64,000 nt of DNA from an uncultured Acidimicrobiia bacterium (GTDB lineage: Bacteria; Actinomycetota; Acidimicrobiia; Acidimicrobiales; AC-14): contig CAWIIV010000017.1 of NCBI GenBank assembly GCA_963836205.1, positions 160,001 to 224,000 on the forward strand, read 5' to 3'. The stretch's first letter is position 1. Each line of letters opens with the position of its first letter. The notes under the pieces were generated by a model. The model was not told the DNA's origin, ran no database searches, and was given only the letters and a program-made list of their open reading frames with translations. The position numbers were made by a program, and so were the translations under genes. Of this stretch, positions 59,055-64,000 are shown one piece after another.

Positions 59055-60562
59055 CAGTGGCGAAATTGGCGCTCGCCGGTGATCACCATGGCCATGCCGT
59101 GGGCGTCGGCCGCGGCTACCGCGGCGGCGTCGCGGATGCTCCCCCCCGGCTGCACCACCACGGCGACACCGGACGCGGCCGCCACCTCGACGCCGTCGGG
59201 GAACGGGTAGAAGCCGTCGGTGGCGCTGGCCCCGCCCTTGGCCCGGTCGCCGGCCTTGCGCAGGGCCACCTCGGCCGCGTCGACCCGGCTCTGCTGGCCG
59301 GCGCCGATGCCCACCGCCTGGCCGCCCCGCACCAGCACGACCGCGTTGGACTTGGTGTGGCCGCACAGCCGCCACGCCAGCTCGGCGTCGACCCACTGGT
59401 CGTCGGTGGGCCTGGCCTCGCTGACGACCCGCCACGTCGAGCGGTCGGCCACGAACCGGTTCGGCTCCTGGACGAGGAATCCGCCCGCGAAAGCCCGGAG
59501 GTGGAGGGCGTCGAGGGTGGGCGCGGGCGCCGACAGCAGCCGGGTGTTCTTGCGCTTCCTGGCCAGGCGCTCGACGGTGCCGGGCTCGTAGGAGGGGGCG
59601 ATGACGACGTCGGCCTGGGCCGCCTGCTCCATCGCCGCCACCGTGGCCTCGTCAACGGGACGGTTGAGGGCGACGATCCCCCCGAAGGCCGACGTGGGGT
59701 CGCCCTCGAACGCCAGCTGGTAGGCGGTGGCCAGGTCGTCCGCCACCGCCGCCCCGCACGGGTTGGCGTGCTTGATGATCGCCACTGCCGGCCGCTCGCC
59801 CAGGTCGTGGACGAGGAGCCAGGCGGCCTCCGCGTCGCACAGGTTGAGGTACGACAGCGCCATCCCCCCGTGCTGCGCGACACCGTCCCACCAGCCCGAA
59901 CGCCCCACGGTGCGGTAACGGGACGCCTTTTGGTGGGGGTTCTCGCCGTAGCGGAGGTCGTCGGCCTTCTCCAGGGCGAGGTGGAGGGTGGGGGGGAGGA
60001 CGCCGACGTCACCGTCGCCCTCGTCGAACCACCCGGTGATAGCGGCGTCGTAGGCGGCGGTGGAGGCGAACGCCTTGCGCGCCAGGCGCCGGCGGGTGCC
60101 GTCGGACAGGCTGCCCGCGGCCCGCAGCTCCTCGAGCACGCCGTCGTAGTCGGACGGGTCGACCACCACTCCTACCGAGGCGTGGTTCTTGGCCGCCGCC
60201 CGCACCATGGTGGGCCCGCCCACGTCGATCATCTCCACCGACGGCTGCTGGCGGAAGGGGTAGAGGTTGCAGACGACGAGGTCGATGAGGGCGATGCCGC
60301 GGGCCTCGACGTCGGCCATGTGGTCGGGCTTCGACCGGTCGGCCAGGATGCCGCCGGCGATGGCGGGGTGGAGCGTCTTGACCCGTCCCCCGAGCATCTC
60401 GGGGGCGCCGGTGACCTCGGCCACCTCGGTGCAGGCGATCCCGGCCTCGGTGAGGGCGCCCGCCGTCCCCCCACTCGAGAGCAGCTCCCAGCCCAGGTCG
60501 GACAGGCCCCGGGCCAAGTCCAACAGCCCCGCCTTGTCGTAGACGGAGACCAGCGCTCTCAT
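59054..60562 (-). CDS. purH: AICAR transformylase/IMP cyclohydrolase
   Basis: ALVSVYDK, GRVKTLHP, RAAAKN, LRYGENPHQ, KHANPCG, QPGGSIRD, RQFRH. Confidence 0.96.
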   Translation of the reverse strand: MRALVSVYDKAGLLDLARGLSDLGWELLSSGGTAGALTEAGIACTEVAEVTGAPEMLGGRVKTLHPAIAGGILADRSKPDHMADVEARGIALIDLVVCNLYPFRQQPSVEMIDVGGPTMVRAAAKNHASVGVVVDPSDYDGVLEELRAAGSLSDGTRRRLARKAFASTAAYDAAITGWFDEGDGDVGVLPPTLHLALEKADDLRYGENPHQKASRYRTVGRSGWWDGVAQHGGMALSYLNLCDAEAAWLLVHDLGERPAVAIIKHANPCGAAVADDLATAYQLAFEGDPTSAFGGIVALNRPVDEATVAAMEQAAQADVVIAPSYEPGTVERLARKRKNTRLLSAPAPTLDALHLRAFAGGFLVQEPNRFVADRSTWRVVSEARPTDDQWVDAELAWRLCGHTKSNAVVLVRGGQAVGIGAGQQSRVDAAEVALRKAGDRAKGGASATDGFYPFPDGVEVAAASGVAVVVQPGGSIRDAAAVAAADAHGMAMVITGERQFRH

Positions 60563-60668
60563 CGATTGCGCGCCCGTCCGGCCCTCACGATCGGGCACCG
60601 TACCAGCCCCTTTCCATCCGCCGGACGGCGTGCTCTACTACGGGCACTTCTCGGCCAAGGGGGACCGC

Positions 60669-61091
60669 ATGGACTTCAAGAAGTTGACGCAGGGCGAGCG
60701 AATCGTGCTCGTCGCGGGGTTGCTGCTCATCATCGACCTCCTCTTCCTGCCGTGGCACCACATCGACCTGGGCGTCTTGGGCAGCGCCGACCGTAAGGGA
60801 GTCCAGTCGCCGAACTCGTTCTACGGCGTGCTCGCCCTCCTGCTCGCCATCGTGATGGTCGGCCAGATCGCGGCCACCAAGCTCGCCAACGCCAAGCTTC
60901 CCGCCCTGCCGATCGGCTGGGGCCAGGTCCACATGATCGCCGGCATCGCCATCCTCGTCCTGCTGCTTCTCAAGCTGGTCGTCGAAACCGACTTCCTCGG
61001 CTTCGGCGCCTACCTGGGCATCCTGCTGGCGGCCGCGATCGCCTTCGGCGGGTTCTCCATCAACAAGGAGAGCACCAGCCGCACGTTCTGA
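60669..61091 (+). CDS. Four-TM membrane protein
   Basis: Hydrophobic helices; FLPW motif. Confidence 0.75.
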   Translation: MDFKKLTQGERIVLVAGLLLIIDLLFLPWHHIDLGVLGSADRKGVQSPNSFYGVLALLLAIVMVGQIAATKLANAKLPALPIGWGQVHMIAGIAILVLLLLKLVVETDFLGFGAYLGILLAAAIAFGGFSINKESTSRTF

Positions 61092-61101
61092 GGACGACGG
61101 A

Positions 61102-61983
61102 CTAGCGGCCGAGGACCTCGGCGGTGCGACGACCCAGCTCGGTGGGATCTCGCACCACCGAGGCCCCCGCCGCTTCGAGGGCGGCGATCTTGGCCGCGGC
61201 CCCTCCTGACGAGCCCGACACGATGGCCCCGGCGTGGCCCATCTTCCGGCCCGGAGGAGCGGTAACGCCGGCCACGTAGGCGATGACGGGCGTCGACATC
61301 TCGGAGCCGATGAAGGCCGCCGCCGCCTCCTCGTCCGACCCGCCGATCTCGCCGATGAGGATGACCGCGCCCGTGTCGGGGTCGTCCTCGAACAGGCGCA
61401 GGCAGTCGATGAAGCCCGTACCGGGGACGGGGTCGCCGCCGATGCCGATGCAGGTGGTCTGGCCGATGCCCTGGCGGGTGAGCTCGTAAAGCGCCTGGTA
61501 GGTGAGCGTGCCCGACCGCGACACCACGCCCACCGGGCCCCCGCCGAGGCCGATCTCGGGGGGGATGATCCCGATGTTGCACCGTCCGGGGGTGATCACG
61601 CCCGGGCAGTTGGGGCCGAGCAGGCGGGTGCCGGGGGCGTGGTGGCGCAGGTGGCTCACCACCCGGGCCTCGTCGTGAAGGGGGATGCCCTCGGTGATGC
61701 ACACCACCAGGGCGATGCCGGCGTCGGCCGACTCGATCACCGCCGCCGCCGCGAACCGGGCCGGGACGAGGACGAGGCTGGCGTCGGCGCCGGTGGCCGC
61801 CACCGCCTCGGCCACGGTGTCGAACACGGGGATGCCGTCGACGTCGGACCCGCCCTTGCCCGGGGTGACGCCGGCCACCACCTGGGTGCCGTAGGCCCGG
61901 TTCCGCAGCCCGTGGAACCGCCCCTGACTCCCGGTGAGTCCCTGCACCAACACCCGGGTGGTCTCGTCGACGAGCACGCTCAC
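61102..61983 (-). CDS. sucD: Succinyl-CoA synthetase alpha subunit
   Basis: [25 protein letters not shown]. Confidence 0.95.
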   Translation of the reverse strand: MSVLVDETTRVLVQGLTGSQGRFHGLRNRAYGTQVVAGVTPGKGGSDVDGIPVFDTVAEAVAATGADASLVLVPARFAAAAVIESADAGIALVVCITEGIPLHDEARVVSHLRHHAPGTRLLGPNCPGVITPGRCNIGIIPPEIGLGGGPVGVVSRSGTLTYQALYELTRQGIGQTTCIGIGGDPVPGTGFIDCLRLFEDDPDTGAVILIGEIGGSDEEAAAAFIGSEMSTPVIAYVAGVTAPPGRKMGHAGAIVSGSSGGAAAKIAALEAAGASVVRDPTELGRRTAEVLGR

Positions 61984-62004
61984 CGGACGCCCCGCCCGAC
62001 CCAA

Positions 62005-62135
62005 TGCGAACCGGTGACGGAAAAGGTCGTGTGGCGACCGAAAACGTCACCGGTTGCGAGGCCGCCGCCGCCCGCCCCGTGCGAACCGGTGACAGAAAGG
62101 GTCGTGTGGCGAGCGAAAGCGTCACCGGTTCGCAC
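62005..62135. repeat. Two tandem palindromic REP-like units between sucC and sucD
   Basis: TGCGAACCGGTGAC..GGTCGTGTGGCGA..GTCACCGGTT(C)GC at 62005-62058 and 62079-62135. Confidence 0.75.
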
Positions 62136-62146
62136 GTGAGGGGTGG

Positions 62147-63298
62147 TCACGACGATCGTGCCTCGGCCAGGGCGACCGCGGTGCGGGCGGCCTCGGACAT
62201 GGTGGGCTCCGACCGGAGGGAGTCGGACAGGTGGCCGGCGAGGATGGCGCGGCCCTCCTCGGCGTTGGTGCCGTCGAGCCGGACGACGATGGGGGGGCCG
62301 ATGGCGGCCACCGCCAGCGCCTGGAGGATGCCGTTGGCGACCTCGTCGCAGCGGGTGATCCCGCCGAAGATGTTGACCAGGATGGCGCCCACCTTCTCGT
62401 CGCTCGCGACCACGTCGAGGGCAGCGGCGATGACCTCGGCGCTCGCCCCGCCGCCCACGTCGAGGAAGTTGGCCGCCGATCCGCCCGCCTGGCTGACGAC
62501 GTCGAGGGTGGCCATCACCAGACCGGCCCCGTTGCCGATGATCCCGACGGTGCCGTCGAGGCCGACGTAGTTGAGCCCCTTCTCCCGGGCCCGCCGCTCC
62601 CGGGGGTCGAGCTCCTCCGACGCCCGCCACTCGGCCCACTCGGGGTGGCGGAAGGCGGCGTTGTCGTCGAGCGTCACCTTGGCGTCGAGCGCGACCACGT
62701 CGCCGGCACCGGTGAGGACGAGGGGGTTGATCTCGATCAGGTCGGCGTCGGCGGCCACGTAGGCCGCGAACAGCGTCGGCAGCAGCGCGGCCACCCCGGC
62801 GGCCGCCACACCGTCGAGCCCGGCCCGGGCGACGAGATCGCGAGCGGCGTCGACGCTCAGGCCGTCGATGGGATCGACGTGGATGCGGGCCACCGCCTGG
62901 GGGTCACGGTGGGCGACCTCCTCGATGTCGACGCCGCCCTGGGCCGACAGCAGGCCCAGGTGGAGGCGGGCGGCGCGGTCGAAGGTGAAGCTGGCGTAAT
63001 ACTCGGCGGCGATGTCGCAGGCGGGCTCGACCAGGACGACGCCGACGGTGTGACCCTTGATGTCGAGGCCGAGGATCGCCTCTCCGGCGGCGGCCGCGGC
63101 GGCGGCGTCGCCCACCACCTTCACCCCGCCCGCCTTCCCCCGTCCGCCGATCCGCACCTGGGCCTTGACCACCGCCGGGTACCCGTGGGCGTCGGCGGCG
63201 GCGACCACCTCGTCGACGGTGCGGGCCACGGTGCCGCTCGACGCGGGCACGCCGGCCGCGGCCAACAGCTGCTTGCCCTGGTACTCGAGGAGGTCCAT
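62147..63298 (-). CDS. sucC: Succinyl-CoA synthetase beta subunit
   Basis: [46 protein letters not shown]. Confidence 0.95.
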   Translation of the reverse strand: MDLLEYQGKQLLAAAGVPASSGTVARTVDEVVAAADAHGYPAVVKAQVRIGGRGKAGGVKVVGDAAAAAAAGEAILGLDIKGHTVGVVLVEPACDIAAEYYASFTFDRAARLHLGLLSAQGGVDIEEVAHRDPQAVARIHVDPIDGLSVDAARDLVARAGLDGVAAAGVAALLPTLFAAYVAADADLIEINPLVLTGAGDVVALDAKVTLDDNAAFRHPEWAEWRASEELDPRERRAREKGLNYVGLDGTVGIIGNGAGLVMATLDVVSQAGGSAANFLDVGGGASAEVIAAALDVVASDEKVGAILVNIFGGITRCDEVANGILQALAVAAIGPPIVVRLDGTNAEEGRAILAGHLSDSLRSEPTMSEAARTAVALAEARSS

Positions 63299-63756
63299 CA
63301 GCCGGCGGCCCGCCCGGCCTGCCCGGCCTGCCCGGCCGGCCGCGGGCCCCCGGCGGCGGCCCGGCCGTCGAGCTCGGCCCGCAGCCAGCCGGAGATGGTC
63401 GCCAACCGGGTGCCCGGTCCGAAGAGGGCGGCCACGCCCGCGGCCCGCAGCCGGTCGGCGTCGGCCGGCGGGATGATCCCCCCGCCGAACACCACCACCT
63501 CGCCCGCGCCTTGCTCCTCGAGGGCGGCCAGCAGGCGGGGGAAGTGCACCAGGTGGGCGCCGGTGAGCGTCGACAGCCCCACCGCGTCGGCCTCCACCCG
63601 CACCGCCAGGTCGGCCACCTGCTCCGGCGTCTGGCGCAGGCCGGCGTAGACGACGTCGAACCCGTACCCCTGCAAGGCCCGCACGACGACCTTGGCCCCA
63701 CGGTCGTGGCCGTCGAGGCCGGGCTTGGCCACCACGACCCGGTAGGGGCGCTCCAT
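63298..63756 (-). CDS. Cobalamin-binding domain protein (acyl-CoA mutase small subunit)
   Basis: [24 protein letters not shown]. Confidence 0.9.
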   Translation of the reverse strand: MERPYRVVVAKPGLDGHDRGAKVVVRALQGYGFDVVYAGLRQTPEQVADLAVRVEADAVGLSTLTGAHLVHFPRLLAALEEQGAGEVVVFGGGIIPPADADRLRAAGVAALFGPGTRLATISGWLRAELDGRAAAGGPRPAGQAGQAGRAAG

Positions 63757-63824
63757 GGACGCATACTAGGAGCGTGGCCCCGCCTCTCCCTCCGGGGCGC
63801 CCCATCCAGCGGACGCCGAGGGGC

Positions 63825-64000
63825 ATGACCGTCGTGCTCACCGGCATCGCCGGAGTCCTCGGCGGCATCCTCGTCTTCGTGATCGTCGCCAATCTCGTCG
63901 GCTCCCGGGCCGACACGGCCGACTCGCCCGCGGCCACGTTCGACGTCGGCTCGGCGGACGACAGGGCCCGCACCATCGCCGAGGGTGGTCCCATCCTCTT
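63825..64000 (+). CDS. Membrane-anchored hypothetical protein (runs off the window)
   Basis: MTVVLTGIAGVLGGILVFVIV..FDVGSA..RTIAEGGPIL open to the window end. Confidence 0.55.
   Translation, partial: MTVVLTGIAGVLGGILVFVIVANLVGSRADTADSPAATFDVGSADDRARTIAEGGPIL

Noticed and set aside
60563-60668. ZMP/ZTP riboswitch upstream of purH
   Set aside because: Conserved GACTGGCG/GCCTGGGC elements not found.
62005-62135. CRISPR array
   Set aside because: Only two long palindromic units with no unique spacer series and no cas genes in the window.

Overview
High-GC actinobacterial DNA; the gene content (UPF0182-tRNA-fMet, two WhiB genes, mreB, LLM/F420 enzyme, sortase) is most consistent with Acidimicrobiia (inference). 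Positions 1-~15.8 kb are an accessory island abutting the 3' end of tRNA-fMet. It is an integrative mobilizable element (MOBF relaxase, wHTH protein, XRE regulator, excisionase, tyrosine integrase, arm-type repeats) carrying a complete type I R-M system and a decayed ECF sigma gene. At its left side is a signal-peptide-less Csp-like S8 protease followed by a separately encoded propeptide/I9-inhibitor-like small protein. A second paralog of that small protein, missed by the ORF track, ends at position 111, so the protease + stand-alone-inhibitor module appears to be repeated; this is the best candidate for an undescribed system. The rest is core chromosome (DivIVA-MuF-like fusion, kinases, mreB, moaE, catalytically dead HtrA, sigE-rseA-rseB-like operon, AAA/VWA, sdhAB, mdh, icd, folD, purH, sucCD). 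It also holds an IS1182-family element inserted at the icd -10 box, a hidden AbrB-type antitoxin ORF and several frameshifts that may be assembly errors. All calls are from reading motifs by eye; no database searches were run.
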